Source of the DNA: an uncultured Eubacteriales bacterium
Lineage (GTDB): Bacteria; Bacillota; Clostridia; Oscillospirales; Acutalibacteraceae
Direction of reading: 5' to 3'
DNA length: 64,000 nucleotides
Assembly: GCA_934454845.1 (NCBI GenBank)
Contig: CAKSGV010000006.1
Span: forward strand, 12,898 to 76,897
Shown here: positions 11,163 through 21,735 of the stretch, one piece after another
Position numbering within the stretch: position 1 is the first letter of the stretch
How the letters are laid out: every line of letters starts with the position of its first letter
The notes under the pieces: model-generated
Database searches by the model: none
What the model saw: the letters and a program-made list of their open reading frames with translations, nothing else
Told to the model about the DNA's origin: nothing
Translations under genes and position numbers: made by a program

Positions 11163-12077
11163 TTATCCTATAAATTCACGCAAAAGTGAATTTTCCGGGA
11201 CCAACGATCTATCCACGCTTTCAAACTCCGATATCTTATCTTCGAGATACTTTATCTCATCATAAAAAGGATAAGAAGGATCAGCAGACTTACAAAGCTT
11301 TAAAAATCTGTTTTTATAAAGACCTAATTCATAAGGGTGAAATGTGGTAAGATGCATATCCGCACTCGGCTTAAATTTAAAGAGATTTTGCTCTTCCCCT
11401 TTTGTTACGCCTTTCCACATTAAAAGCGTATCCAAAACCGAGGAATTTCTGAATATCTCATCTCTTAAAATTCTTCTTATAAGCCTTATTTGTCTGCTTG
11501 AAATCAATTTATTACCGAAGTCGTCATCAACAGATTTATTTACTGATATATAGACCTTATAAATATTCTTTCTGTCAACAAGGTCTGTTATAACGGGATT
11601 TAAAGCGTGAAGCCCCTCAACTATAACTATACCTTTTTGCCCGATATCGATCTTCTTAAATTTTTCTTTTCTGATTTTATTCATAAAATCAAATTCGGGA
11701 ACTTTCGCTTTGCCGCAGGAAATTATATCCTTAAAGCATTTTTCCAAAAGCTCGGTATCAAGCGACGCTACCGACTCAAAATCTTTTTCACCGTTTTCAA
11801 GGACAGGCAGCCTATCACCCGAAAGATAAAAATCATCCAATGAAACGACCTGAACCGTTTCGGACAGTTTGATAAGTTCCTTTTTAAGAAGATAAGCGGT
11901 CGTAGTCTTACCGGAAGAAGAGGGACCTGCGATAGACACTATTCTAATATCATCGTCTTTAGATACAAGCCGTGCAAGATCGGATACAATTTTCTGATAT
12001 TCTTCTTCGTTTTGCCTGACAAACGCTCTTGCGTCTTCTTTCAGATATTTATTTATTTCGCTTATAGTATTTATCAT
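11163..12077 (-). CDS. Uridine kinase/phosphoribulokinase-family nucleoside kinase
   Basis: P-loop VSIAGPSSSGKTTTA, and 304 aa like the long clostridial Udk-like proteins. Confidence 0.72.
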   Translation of the reverse strand: MINTISEINKYLKEDARAFVRQNEEEYQKIVSDLARLVSKDDDIRIVSIAGPSSSGKTTTAYLLKKELIKLSETVQVVSLDDFYLSGDRLPVLENGEKDFESVASLDTELLEKCFKDIISCGKAKVPEFDFMNKIRKEKFKKIDIGQKGIVIVEGLHALNPVITDLVDRKNIYKVYISVNKSVDDDFGNKLISSRQIRLIRRILRDEIFRNSSVLDTLLMWKGVTKGEEQNLFKFKPSADMHLTTFHPYELGLYKNRFLKLCKSADPSYPFYDEIKYLEDKISEFESVDRSLVPENSLLREFIG

Positions 12078-13530
12078 AAAACTCTGAAATCTTTTCCTTT
12101 CTTAAAATCTGCTCTTCAAAGCGATTAATATATTCATACGGATATTTAAAATTAAAAATTCGCTCAATAAGTCCGCCGCCCGGCTCTCTTAATTTTGAAA
12201 CCGCGCCTGCGCCCACGGCAAATATAGAATGTGTTTCATCCATAATGAAAACATTATAAAGACATTCAAAACCCGGCTTTGAATATCCCACATTTTCGAG
12301 ATTGCCGACTGTTTTACTCTGCCTGTACATATAATATGGCAAAATCCCGCTTTTTGTCAATTCATTTCGGGCATAATCTACCATTTCGCCTGCAATTATG
12401 CTTTCAGATGTGCCTGAAAACATTTTTTTCTTCGTAAGCTCGCTCGCACGCTTAAAAGCAAGTGAATGTACAGTCACGCTTTCCGGGGATAAAGCTATAA
12501 CTTTTTCAACTGTTTCATTAAAGCTTTCGGCAGTATCGCCCGGAAGACCTGCGATAAGATCCATATTGATATTATCAAATCCCATTTTTCTTGCTAAATT
12601 ATAAGCTTCGACAGTTTGCGCACATGTATGCTTTCTTCCTATTTTTTGTAAGACAGAGTCGTTCATCGACTGAGGATTTATGCTTATCCTTGTTACCCCG
12701 TTTTTCTTTAAAACAGAAAGCTTTTCGTCATCCACCGTATCAGGTCTTCCCGCTTCTACAGTAAATTCCCTTAAATTTGAAAAATCAAAGCTGTTCTTTA
12801 ATGCTTTGATAATCACCTCAAGCTGAACGGCCGAAAGCGAGGTTGGCGTGCCGCCGCCGATATACACCGATTCGAGAACAAGTCCTAAAGGAGTGATTAT
12901 TTCAGATGTTTTTTTAATTTCCTCGCATAGTTTTTCAACATACAAAGGAATTATTTTCGCCGCACTCTCAACAGAATGCGAAACAAAAGAGCAATAAGAA
13001 CACCTTGTGGGACAAAAAGGAATAGAAACGTAAAGGCTGAAAGATTCGGGTTTTGATAATTCTATTATCTTTTTTTCTCTTTGAGAACTTTCTTTGCAAA
13101 GGCTTATTTTGCTTGTCTTTACAAAATAGACTTCTTTTAAAATTCTTTCTGCCTCTTTTTCTCCGAACTGCTCGGAAAGCCTTAAAAAAAGTTTTGCAGG
13201 TCTTATCCCCGTAAGCATTCCCCAGGCCGGAGAATATCCGGTGATATCTTTTAAGCACTTAAAAAGCGCACCGCATAAAGCCTCTTCGCATTTTTTATCG
13301 GAAACCGCACACAAAGCAGTAGTGTTATACTCGGAAAATCCGTCTAAAAGGTCTGCTTTTACGCTGATATTTATAATTCCGCCCGAGTTTTCAACTTTAC
13401 ATTCTATTGACTGACCGCTGACATTTTCATTATCATTTAAAACTTTAAGCTTCTCATAAGGATAAAATATTCCTATAAGCTTTTGCACTTCATAGTCAAA
13501 AGAATGACCTATATTAAAAACAGTTATCAT
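12049..13530 (-). CDS. hemZ: Radical SAM coproporphyrinogen dehydrogenase-like protein (HemZ/HemN family)
   Basis: 493 aa, CPTRCSYCSF (CxxxCxxC) radical SAM cluster motif and a HemN-like C-terminal region. Confidence 0.82.
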   Translation of the reverse strand: MITVFNIGHSFDYEVQKLIGIFYPYEKLKVLNDNENVSGQSIECKVENSGGIINISVKADLLDGFSEYNTTALCAVSDKKCEEALCGALFKCLKDITGYSPAWGMLTGIRPAKLFLRLSEQFGEKEAERILKEVYFVKTSKISLCKESSQREKKIIELSKPESFSLYVSIPFCPTRCSYCSFVSHSVESAAKIIPLYVEKLCEEIKKTSEIITPLGLVLESVYIGGGTPTSLSAVQLEVIIKALKNSFDFSNLREFTVEAGRPDTVDDEKLSVLKKNGVTRISINPQSMNDSVLQKIGRKHTCAQTVEAYNLARKMGFDNINMDLIAGLPGDTAESFNETVEKVIALSPESVTVHSLAFKRASELTKKKMFSGTSESIIAGEMVDYARNELTKSGILPYYMYRQSKTVGNLENVGYSKPGFECLYNVFIMDETHSIFAVGAGAVSKLREPGGGLIERIFNFKYPYEYINRFEEQILRKEKISEFYDKYYKRNK

Positions 13531-14149
13531 AATTCAAAAACGGGTTATATTCCTTTTCGTGTTTTATTGTAGTCGCTCTTCCGTGACCGGGAAAGACCTC
13601 TGTATTATCGGGAAAACTTAAAACCAACTTTTTAACCGATCTTAAAAGCGCTTCCCTATCGCCGCCTAAAAATCCGTCGTTACCTATGCTCTCAAAAAAA
13701 AGCGTATCTCCCGAAAAAAGCTTACCTGATATAAAATATGACATTCCGCCTTTAGTATGCCCAGGGGTGAACACGGATCTTATTTCAATATCGCCTATTT
13801 TATAAATTTGTTCGTCTTCAAGCAGGATATCGGGAATAAAAGGCTCGGTTTTTACTCCGAACAGTGCGGATAAATTAACAGCACTGTTATTTATTCCATC
13901 GGCGTCATTTTTCCCCACGGCGACCTTTACATCAAATTTATTTTTAAGCTCATTTACAGCCGAAATATGATCAAAATGGCAATGAGTAAGCAAAATAAGT
14001 GAACTTTTATTGCTGCTTTTTGCCGAAAGCAAAAATTTCTTAACTTTTTCGCTTTTACCGCCCGGATCGATAACCACGGCGGCTGAATCCGAATTTAAAA
14101 GATAGCAGTTGGTCTGCATTTGCCCTAAAATCACAGTTTCAAGTTTCAT
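13514..14149 (-). CDS. MBL-fold metallo-hydrolase
   Basis: LLTHCHFDH (HxHxDH) and a later GHT motif, 211 aa. Confidence 0.86.
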   Translation of the reverse strand: MKLETVILGQMQTNCYLLNSDSAAVVIDPGGKSEKVKKFLLSAKSSNKSSLILLTHCHFDHISAVNELKNKFDVKVAVGKNDADGINNSAVNLSALFGVKTEPFIPDILLEDEQIYKIGDIEIRSVFTPGHTKGGMSYFISGKLFSGDTLFFESIGNDGFLGGDREALLRSVKKLVLSFPDNTEVFPGHGRATTIKHEKEYNPFLNYDNCF

Positions 14150-14603
14150 TTTTTCTCCAAGTTTCGGTATCGAGCATAATTGTTACGGGTCCGTTGTTTA
14201 TAAGCGATACTTTCATATCCGCCCCGAAAACGCCCTTTTCCACTCTTTTTATACCTGATTTTTTAAGTTCCTCACAGAATTTGTCATAGTATTCTTTTGC
14301 GGTTTTCGGCTCCTTAGCGTTTATAAATGACGGCCTGTTGCCTTTTTTGGTATCGGCGGCGAGAGTAAACTGCGAAACGCAGAGAACTTCCCCGCCGATA
14401 TCGAGGACAGACCTGTTCATTTTGCCGTTTTCATCTTCAAAAATTCTTAGCTTTGATATCTTATTTGAAAGTACCGAAATATCTTCCTCGGTATCATCAA
14501 AAACACTGCAAAATAAAATCAAAAATCCCTCTTTGCAGCTGCCTTTGAGCTCGCCGTCGACTTTGACCGAGGCTTCGCTCACCCTTTGAATCAGAGCTTT
14601 CAT
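14139..14603 (-). CDS. dtd: D-aminoacyl-tRNA deacylase
   Basis: MKALIQRVSEASVKVDG...VSQFTLAADTKKGNRPSF...GADMKVSLINNGPVTI is canonical Dtd. Confidence 0.93.
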   Translation of the reverse strand: MKALIQRVSEASVKVDGELKGSCKEGFLILFCSVFDDTEEDISVLSNKISKLRIFEDENGKMNRSVLDIGGEVLCVSQFTLAADTKKGNRPSFINAKEPKTAKEYYDKFCEELKKSGIKRVEKGVFGADMKVSLINNGPVTIMLDTETWRKNET

Positions 14604-16795
14604 TTTCCTATCCTTTCAACGCTGTAAATTCCCTTTATTTTTTCTATCCTTGCAATAATGCTCCTTAAATGCTCCACGCTTTCAGCACTGATAGAAAAGA
14701 GTATTACGCAGTTGCCGCCCTTTGTCTGTCTGGCGTTTACCGTGTGAGTTGCTACGCGCATATTATTGAGCGCTCCGATAACATCGCCCAAAAGACCGTC
14801 TCTGTCGATAGCGCCGATTTGCAGAGTGGTAACAAAGCTTTCGCTCACGCCCTTATTCCAATGTGCCGGTATCCACCGTTCGGGCTCAGAAGAAGAGGAA
14901 ATATCTACAGGCACATTAGAGCAATCCCTTTTATGGATTGAGACTCCGTGGCCTCTTGTGATAAATCCTATTATCTCATCACCCGGAAGCGGAGAACAGC
15001 ACTTAGAAAGCTTAATAAGGCAATTATCGATACCCTCTACTATTACGCCCTCGCCGCTGCCTTTTTTTACAGTTTGCGGAATTATTTCAGGAGGCTTAAC
15101 GGCATTTGTCCGCTTATTATAATCCTCTCTTATTCTCGGCATAAGTTTTGATAAGAGCAATCCGCCGTAACCCAAAGCGGCATAAAACTCATCCCTGTTA
15201 TTAAGGTGAAGTCTTTCTGCTATTTCATCGATAAACTTATTTTGTTCTTCCTCGCCCAGATTAATGGAATTGCGCCTGAATTCGCGCTCGACCATTTCCT
15301 TGCCCTCAGCGATATTTTCCGCTCTTCTTTCCTTTTTAAACCAGGATCTTATCTTTGATTTAGCCTGGTTTGTAACGGCGATATTCATCCAATCCCTGCT
15401 GGGGCCGTGGCCTGCCTGATTGGTGGTGATTATCTCGATAACTTCGCCTGTCTGAACAATATGGTTTATCGGAGCTATCTTTCCGTTAACCTTAGCGCCG
15501 ACCATTTTTATTCCCACGGCAGAATGAATGGCAAAAGCAAAATCCACCACCGTTGATCCTACGGGAAGATTTATAACATCGCCTTTAGGCGTAACTGCGA
15601 AAACATCCTCCTGCGAAAGATCGACTTTTATACTTCTTACGAGCTCCGAAGCATCGCCCGAGGAGTCTTGATCCTCTAGTATCTGTCTGATCCAGGCAAG
15701 CCTGTTTTCAAAGCCTTTATCGCCCGAATTTATACCCTCTTTGTACTTCCAGTGCGCGGCAATTCCGAATTCCGCGGTGTGGTGCATTTCAAAAGTGCGG
15801 ATCTGTATCTCGAAAGGAACTCCCTCGCGGCTTATGACCGTGGTGTGGAGCGACTGATACATATTCGGCTTAGGAGTAGATATATAATCCTTAAACCTGT
15901 TAGGAATAGGTCTGAACATATCGTGCATTATTCCGAGGATATTATAGCAGTCGGGCACAGTGTCGGTTATGATTCTTATAGCATAAATATCATATATCTC
16001 ATCAAAATCTTTTCCTTGAAGATACATTTTGCGGTAAATGCCGTAAATTGATTTTACCCTGCTTTGAAACGACATTTTAACGCCGGGCATTTCTTCGCTC
16101 AATCTCTCTTCGATTCTTGTCCTCAGATCGTCAAGAAGAGTTTCCCTGTCCTTGCTTCTTTCTTTAAGTAAAGCGGAAATTTCTTTATATGCCACGCTGT
16201 CAAGGTGCTTTATCGCAAGATCTTCAAGCTCTTCTTTAACGGCGCGGATACCGAGCCTGTGAGCTATAGGCGCATAGACTTCTAAGGTTTCAAGCGATTT
16301 ATCAAGCTGCTTTTGCTCGGACATTGCGTCAAGAGTACGCATATTATGCAGTCTGTCAGCAAGCTTGATAATAATTACTCTTATATCCTTGCCCATGGCA
16401 ATGAGCATTTTTCTTAAGCTTTCCGCCTGCTGCTGCTCCTTTGAATTAAAAGAAAGCTTTCCTATCTTCGTAACTCCGTCAACAAGGAGCGCTATCTCCG
16501 AGCCGAATTCTTTTCTTAAGTCCTCTAAAGTTACATCGGTGTCTTCCACAACATCGTGCAAAAGAGCGGCTGCTATCGAACAGCTGTCCATACCGAGCGT
16601 TACGATAATCTGAGCGACATAAAACGGATGAATATAATAGTCCTCATGGCTTAACCTTTTTTGACCGGCATGGTGTTTTACGCAAAATTCATAAGCCTTT
16701 TTAACCAATTCATAGTCATACTCTCCGCCCTGCTCTCGCATAAGCTTTTCAAGCTTGTTATAATTTTCGGTTTCAGCTTTGTTCAATCCGCTCAC
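14600..16795 (-). CDS. relA: Bifunctional (p)ppGpp synthetase/hydrolase RelA/SpoT (Rel)
   Basis: 731 aa with an HD domain (HPFYVAQI...LLHDVVEDT), synthetase domain (YQSLHTTV), and TGS and ACT regions. Confidence 0.97.
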   Translation of the reverse strand: MSGLNKAETENYNKLEKLMREQGGEYDYELVKKAYEFCVKHHAGQKRLSHEDYYIHPFYVAQIIVTLGMDSCSIAAALLHDVVEDTDVTLEDLRKEFGSEIALLVDGVTKIGKLSFNSKEQQQAESLRKMLIAMGKDIRVIIIKLADRLHNMRTLDAMSEQKQLDKSLETLEVYAPIAHRLGIRAVKEELEDLAIKHLDSVAYKEISALLKERSKDRETLLDDLRTRIEERLSEEMPGVKMSFQSRVKSIYGIYRKMYLQGKDFDEIYDIYAIRIITDTVPDCYNILGIMHDMFRPIPNRFKDYISTPKPNMYQSLHTTVISREGVPFEIQIRTFEMHHTAEFGIAAHWKYKEGINSGDKGFENRLAWIRQILEDQDSSGDASELVRSIKVDLSQEDVFAVTPKGDVINLPVGSTVVDFAFAIHSAVGIKMVGAKVNGKIAPINHIVQTGEVIEIITTNQAGHGPSRDWMNIAVTNQAKSKIRSWFKKERRAENIAEGKEMVEREFRRNSINLGEEEQNKFIDEIAERLHLNNRDEFYAALGYGGLLLSKLMPRIREDYNKRTNAVKPPEIIPQTVKKGSGEGVIVEGIDNCLIKLSKCCSPLPGDEIIGFITRGHGVSIHKRDCSNVPVDISSSSEPERWIPAHWNKGVSESFVTTLQIGAIDRDGLLGDVIGALNNMRVATHTVNARQTKGGNCVILFSISAESVEHLRSIIARIEKIKGIYSVERIGK

Positions 16796-18794
16796 CGCCC
16801 TTTAATTTTTTATATATTTCAGAGTTCTCAAGACTTGTTTTAACTCCTGTGTTTACAGCCGTGTACCTATTATTTTCGCATTTTGCAAGGCCTAATTCTT
16901 TAAGCACAGAAAGCGCCGCGCAGGTCTTTGCAATTCCGAGAGTACCGACAAAGCTGAATATAATTCGTTCCTTATTTATTTTTTTATTCAGAATATTTTT
17001 ATATATTATACCCACTTCATCCCTTGAGGGAACAATTAAAGCCGTATTTTTACTGTAGCCCGAAAGGTAATCGTCAAGTTCAAAAAGAGTCTTGAAATAA
17101 GAATCCTCATCAAAATCAGAAGGTCTTATATTTTTTATCTGAACGGTTAAATTATATTCGCCTTTATAATAATTAAGTCCCACGGTAACGGCGATATCTA
17201 CTTTATCCGAGCACTCAAAGCAAAAATCCTCCGCTTTTACTCCGAACATCACCGCTTGGAATACCGTTTCGTTTTTTCTGAGCATAAGCTTTAAATGCTT
17301 TCCGGAGCCTATAGAGATAATCCTGTCTATCACGCAATCGGTTATGGCAAACATAGGAACTGGGTTCCCCTGTCCGAACGGCTCCAAAGCTTTTAAAGCA
17401 TAAGCCATATCGACGCTGAGCGCCGCCGGGTTTAATTTAAGATCGATATTAAGTTTTTGCACCGCCATATCGCACTTACTCGCATATTCATTTATTTTTT
17501 TTCTGAATTTTTCGATATTATCGGAGCTTAGTGTCACGCCTGCGGCAAGCTCGTGACCTCCGAATTTCATAAGCAGATCGGAACAGCCTTCCAAAGACTT
17601 AAAAATATTAAAGCCTTTAAAGCTTCTCCCCGATCCGTGGCATATTCCGCCCTCTTCGGTTAAAATAATGCTCGGTCTGCCGTATTTTTCCGTCACTCTG
17701 GAGCTAACAATGCCCAGCACTCCGCTGTGCCAATTTTTACCGCTGACTATTATCACTCGGTTATGATCGAATCCGTTTTGCTCAATTATTTCAAAAACTT
17801 TTGAAGATATCCTTTTTTCGAGCTCCTGGCGGCGCGCGTTTTCAGCGTCTATTTCATTCGCAAGAGAAATGGAAAGCATATTATCCTTGCATAAAAGGAG
17901 CTTAAGCACCCTAGTTGCGTCACCCATTCTTCCTGCGGCATTTATTCTCGGCACAAGACCGAAAGAGAGCTTTAAAGAATCGATATCTTTTCTGTTTAGC
18001 CCTGCAACGCTTATAAGTGCGTTAAGTCCCGGGCGGGAATTATTTTTTATCATTTTCAAACCGTATTTTACCATACAGCGGTTTTCATCAACAAGCGGCA
18101 TCACATCGCCGACGGTTGCAAGCGCCAGCAGGTCGCCGTAAATTTTAAGCATTTGCTCGGGTTCCTTGTCGGCTGTAACGCAAATAAGTTTAAATACGAC
18201 CGCAGCGCCGCATATTTCTTTAAAACCGCTCGGATCGTCAGCCCTGTGCGGATCGACAACTGCCTCGGCTTCGGGGAGAATATCCTGTGGGATATGGTGA
18301 TCCGTAACGACCGTTTTTATCCCCAATTTATTCGCATACTCAATTTCATTTATTGCCGCAATTCCGTTATCAACGGTTATAATAAGCTCCACATTTTGTT
18401 CTTTAAGCTTATCTATTGCGGATTTATTCATCCCGTAGCCCTCGGAGATCCTCATGGGAATATAAGTAACTGCGTTTGCTCCTCTTGAGAGTAGATAATC
18501 ATAAAGCATAGCCGTAGATGTAACACCGTCACAGTCATAATCTCCGAACACGGCTATTTTCTTATTTTCCTCTATAGCCGAATTCACTGCGTTAGCTGCT
18601 TTCTCAATATCTGCAAGTATAAAGGGGTCTGCAAGAACAGGCTCGTCACTTAAAAAAAGATCGAATTCGGCAGGGTCGCTTATCCCTCTTGTGGAGGCTA
18701 TAAGGGCGGCAAAAGGATCCGCTTCGCAAGCGGCAGCAAGATTTTTTGCAAGTGTGCGGTCGGGCCGTGCGATATTCCACTTTTTCACAGCCAT
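16773..18794 (-). CDS. recJ: Single-stranded-DNA-specific exonuclease RecJ
   Basis: DHH motifs (FGDYDCDGVTS, VDNGI, TDHH) and a DHHA1 region (GGHELAAG). Confidence 0.95.
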   Translation of the reverse strand: MAVKKWNIARPDRTLAKNLAAACEADPFAALIASTRGISDPAEFDLFLSDEPVLADPFILADIEKAANAVNSAIEENKKIAVFGDYDCDGVTSTAMLYDYLLSRGANAVTYIPMRISEGYGMNKSAIDKLKEQNVELIITVDNGIAAINEIEYANKLGIKTVVTDHHIPQDILPEAEAVVDPHRADDPSGFKEICGAAVVFKLICVTADKEPEQMLKIYGDLLALATVGDVMPLVDENRCMVKYGLKMIKNNSRPGLNALISVAGLNRKDIDSLKLSFGLVPRINAAGRMGDATRVLKLLLCKDNMLSISLANEIDAENARRQELEKRISSKVFEIIEQNGFDHNRVIIVSGKNWHSGVLGIVSSRVTEKYGRPSIILTEEGGICHGSGRSFKGFNIFKSLEGCSDLLMKFGGHELAAGVTLSSDNIEKFRKKINEYASKCDMAVQKLNIDLKLNPAALSVDMAYALKALEPFGQGNPVPMFAITDCVIDRIISIGSGKHLKLMLRKNETVFQAVMFGVKAEDFCFECSDKVDIAVTVGLNYYKGEYNLTVQIKNIRPSDFDEDSYFKTLFELDDYLSGYSKNTALIVPSRDEVGIIYKNILNKKINKERIIFSFVGTLGIAKTCAALSVLKELGLAKCENNRYTAVNTGVKTSLENSEIYKKLKGGERIEQS

Positions 18795-18870
18795 TAAAAG
18801 CCCCCTTATTTTAGAGTTTTTCTTTATATTTTACCACTTTTCGACATTTTTTTCAATAGTGTTTTAAAGT

Positions 18871-18908
18871 GAAAAAACACGGTACGGAAAGTTTATTCCG
18901 TACCGTGT
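18871..18908 (-). terminator. Intrinsic terminator after the GT2 gene
   Basis: ACACGGTACGGAA / TCCGTACCGTGT hairpin, followed by a T-run on the minus strand. Confidence 0.7.
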
Positions 18909-18913
18909 ATCTT

Positions 18914-20956
18914 TTATTCCTTGCAGCTTTTAGCAAGCTCGTCAAAGTCTATCTGATAATTTGCGTCAAGCGAAAAATTAGGATTATAATAAGGATCGCC
19001 TTTTTCTATTGTCTTACCCCATAATTTTCTGAATTTTTCACGTTCCGCCTTAAATCTTTCTTTTTTCTCTTTTGAATCCTCAAAGCCGCGGCTTTTTGAT
19101 TCATAATGATAAAGCTCTGCATAAGGATTCCATACTATTAAGTATCCGAGATTCCTGAGTTTAAGGCAAAAGTCAATATCGTTATATGCGATTTTAAGCT
19201 CGGTATTAAGTCCTCCGACTTTAAAGAAAACTTCTTTTCTGACCATCAGGCAGGCGCCTGTTACGGCGCTTAAATTATGAGCATAAAAAAGCTTGCCCAT
19301 ATATCCGATATGCTCGCGCGGAAAAGTATAATGGCTATGACCTGCTATTCTATCGGAGCCCAAGCCTAAAACAATTCCGGCGTGCTGAATTGTATCGTCT
19401 TCATAATACAGCTTTGCGCCTACTGCTCCGACATCTTCTCTTTGCGCGAACATAAGCATTTCTTCAATAAAGTTTTCCGTTATGACCTCGGTGTCGTTAT
19501 TTAAAAGCAAGAGATAATCTCCCTTTGCATTTTCAGCTCCGAGATTATTGACAGCCGAATAATTGAATTCACCCTCAAAATTTATAACGCGGATATTTTT
19601 ATGCTCTTTAAGAGTTTTATAATAATCAAAAATATCCTTACTTTTTGAGTTGTTTTCAACGATTATTATTTCATAATTATCATAAGTCGCCTTAGAAATG
19701 ATAGAATCTATGCATTTTTTAAGATCGGATTTATGATCGCTGTTTGCAATAATGATTGAAACAAGCGGATCATTTTTAATAGGATAACTTATTCTGTAGA
19801 TAGTAGGAAATATTTTTGAACTTTCAACAGTGCAGCCTGTAAGACCGCTTACCTCAAGACTTGCTTTTACGGCTCTTATACCCGCGTCAATAGCATAGGT
19901 TTTTGAATTGATATCAGAAGCTACCGAATTCGGGTGCGATCTCCAAAAATAAAGGAGCTTTCTTATGTGCCATATCTTACTTGCATTAGAAGTAAGTCTT
20001 AAGATCATATCGTGATCCTGGCTGCCGTCAAACTCGTGGCGGAAATATCCGGTTTTTTGCTGGAGTTCTTTCGAAAATACGGAAAAGTGGCAGATATAGT
20101 TATTCGCCCTAAGATTATCAGGAGCAAAATCAGGTTTAAAATGAAAAGTGTGGATCTTTGTTATATCCTCGCCTAAAAAAGTCGCCTCGTCGGTATAAAG
20201 AAAATCTGCTCCGTGCTCGCAAATAGCTTTCATATTCTCAAAAAGCACCGAGGGGTGAAGATAATCGTCATGATCAAAAAGCGCAAGATAATCACCCGAA
20301 GCCATTTTTATACATGCGTTTGTGTTTTCTGAAATTCCCAAATTCTTTTCGAGCTTTTTATATTTTATTCTGTTATCTTTTGAAGAGTATTCCGATACTA
20401 TTTTTTCAACGTCGTTATGCTCGCTGTCGCTTCCGTCGGCAAGGCACAGCTCCCAATTTTTATAGGTCTGATTTACAACCGACTCTATCATTTCACGCAG
20501 GAATTTTTCGGGAGTATTGTAAAGAGGAACAAGCACGCTGAATTTTATTTCTTTATCGAATTTCGTGTTTTCTTCCCTTTGCCTTCTCTCGTTTGTGATT
20601 TGAGAATAATCGAAAGACCTCATCGATTTAAGCTTATGCTTTACCATAAGAAAAGTGCTTTTAAATCCGCTTTTGAATAAAAGCTTTATCGCTTTAAGCG
20701 GGAGTCTGATAAAAGCAAATTTAAGCACCGTTCTTCTTAAAAAAGCCGAAAGCTTTCTGAACGGAGCGGTGAATTTCCAGGAGGAAGAAGAAACAACGGA
20801 ATTATATTCGGCTCTTAATTCGCTCAATTCCTTATCTTTTTTTAAATTTTTATTTCTGAGTCTGTAGATCTCAGCATTGAGATTTTCTATTTCTTCGGAC
20901 TGCTTTTTATTGGCTTCAAGCAGCCATTTGCTGTCTTCAAAATTTTTTTCGCTCAC
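18914..20956 (-). CDS. Tandem glycosyltransferase family 2 protein with an N-terminal coiled coil
   Basis: 680 aa. It has two GT2 modules (FSVLVPLYNT...DHDD and VSIIIANSD...LLNNDTE...) after a coiled-coil leader (EEIENLNAEIYRLRNKNLKKDKELSELRAE). Confidence 0.85.
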   Translation of the reverse strand: MSEKNFEDSKWLLEANKKQSEEIENLNAEIYRLRNKNLKKDKELSELRAEYNSVVSSSSWKFTAPFRKLSAFLRRTVLKFAFIRLPLKAIKLLFKSGFKSTFLMVKHKLKSMRSFDYSQITNERRQREENTKFDKEIKFSVLVPLYNTPEKFLREMIESVVNQTYKNWELCLADGSDSEHNDVEKIVSEYSSKDNRIKYKKLEKNLGISENTNACIKMASGDYLALFDHDDYLHPSVLFENMKAICEHGADFLYTDEATFLGEDITKIHTFHFKPDFAPDNLRANNYICHFSVFSKELQQKTGYFRHEFDGSQDHDMILRLTSNASKIWHIRKLLYFWRSHPNSVASDINSKTYAIDAGIRAVKASLEVSGLTGCTVESSKIFPTIYRISYPIKNDPLVSIIIANSDHKSDLKKCIDSIISKATYDNYEIIIVENNSKSKDIFDYYKTLKEHKNIRVINFEGEFNYSAVNNLGAENAKGDYLLLLNNDTEVITENFIEEMLMFAQREDVGAVGAKLYYEDDTIQHAGIVLGLGSDRIAGHSHYTFPREHIGYMGKLFYAHNLSAVTGACLMVRKEVFFKVGGLNTELKIAYNDIDFCLKLRNLGYLIVWNPYAELYHYESKSRGFEDSKEKKERFKAEREKFRKLWGKTIEKGDPYYNPNFSLDANYQIDFDELAKSCKE

Positions 20957-20979
20957 TTTTTTAAAACTTCCTCTTGATA

Positions 20980-21720
20980 TTATTTCTCGCTGTTTTTATA
21001 AGCGTTGCAAACTTCCGCGGTTTCGCCTATCATTTTAACCTTACCCTTTTCAAGCCACATACAATGTTTGCAGAGCCTTTCGATCTGGTCGATAGAGTGG
21101 GAAACTATAATAACAGTCGTATCGTCATTCATCATTCTGTTTATTCTTTCCTCACATTTTTGCTGAAAAAGAAAATCGCCGACCGCAAGTATCTCGTCTA
21201 CGATCAGAATATCCGGCGTTGTAACCGTGGCGATAGCGAAACCTATTCTTGCCACCATACCGGAAGAATAGTTCTTCATCGGAACATCAAGGAAGTCCTG
21301 CATTTCGGAAAATTCGACGATCTCGTCAAATTTAGAGTCCATAAATTTTTTGGAATATCCGAGAACAGAACCGTTTAAATAGATATTCTCTCTCGCGGTC
21401 AGGTCCATGTCAAAGCCGGCGCCGAGCTCGATGAGAGGAGCTATAACACCGTCGACCTCGACTGTGCCTTTAGTGGGTTTTAAAATACCGGAAATTATCT
21501 TAAGGGTTGTGCTTTTTCCGCTTCCGTTAAGTCCGACAATACCGAAAACATCACCTTTTTTGATATTGCAGGATACATGGTCAAGCGCTACGAAATCTTC
21601 AAATAAAAGCTTTCTTTTTGCCAGCTTTAAAAAATATTCTTTTAAACTTTCGAGCTTTTCCTTGCTCATATTGAAATGCATTTCAATATCGTGCAATTCA
21701 ACCGCATTTTCTTTATTCAT
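20980..21720 (-). CDS. Polysaccharide/teichoic-acid export ABC transporter ATP-binding protein (TagH/Wzt-like)
   Basis: Walker A GLNGSGKST, signature YSSGMVARIGFA and Walker B ILIVDE. Confidence 0.9.
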   Translation of the reverse strand: MNKENAVELHDIEMHFNMSKEKLESLKEYFLKLAKRKLLFEDFVALDHVSCNIKKGDVFGIVGLNGSGKSTTLKIISGILKPTKGTVEVDGVIAPLIELGAGFDMDLTARENIYLNGSVLGYSKKFMDSKFDEIVEFSEMQDFLDVPMKNYSSGMVARIGFAIATVTTPDILIVDEILAVGDFLFQQKCEERINRMMNDDTTVIIVSHSIDQIERLCKHCMWLEKGKVKMIGETAEVCNAYKNSEK

Positions 21721-21735
21721 AAACTTCTCCTTGAG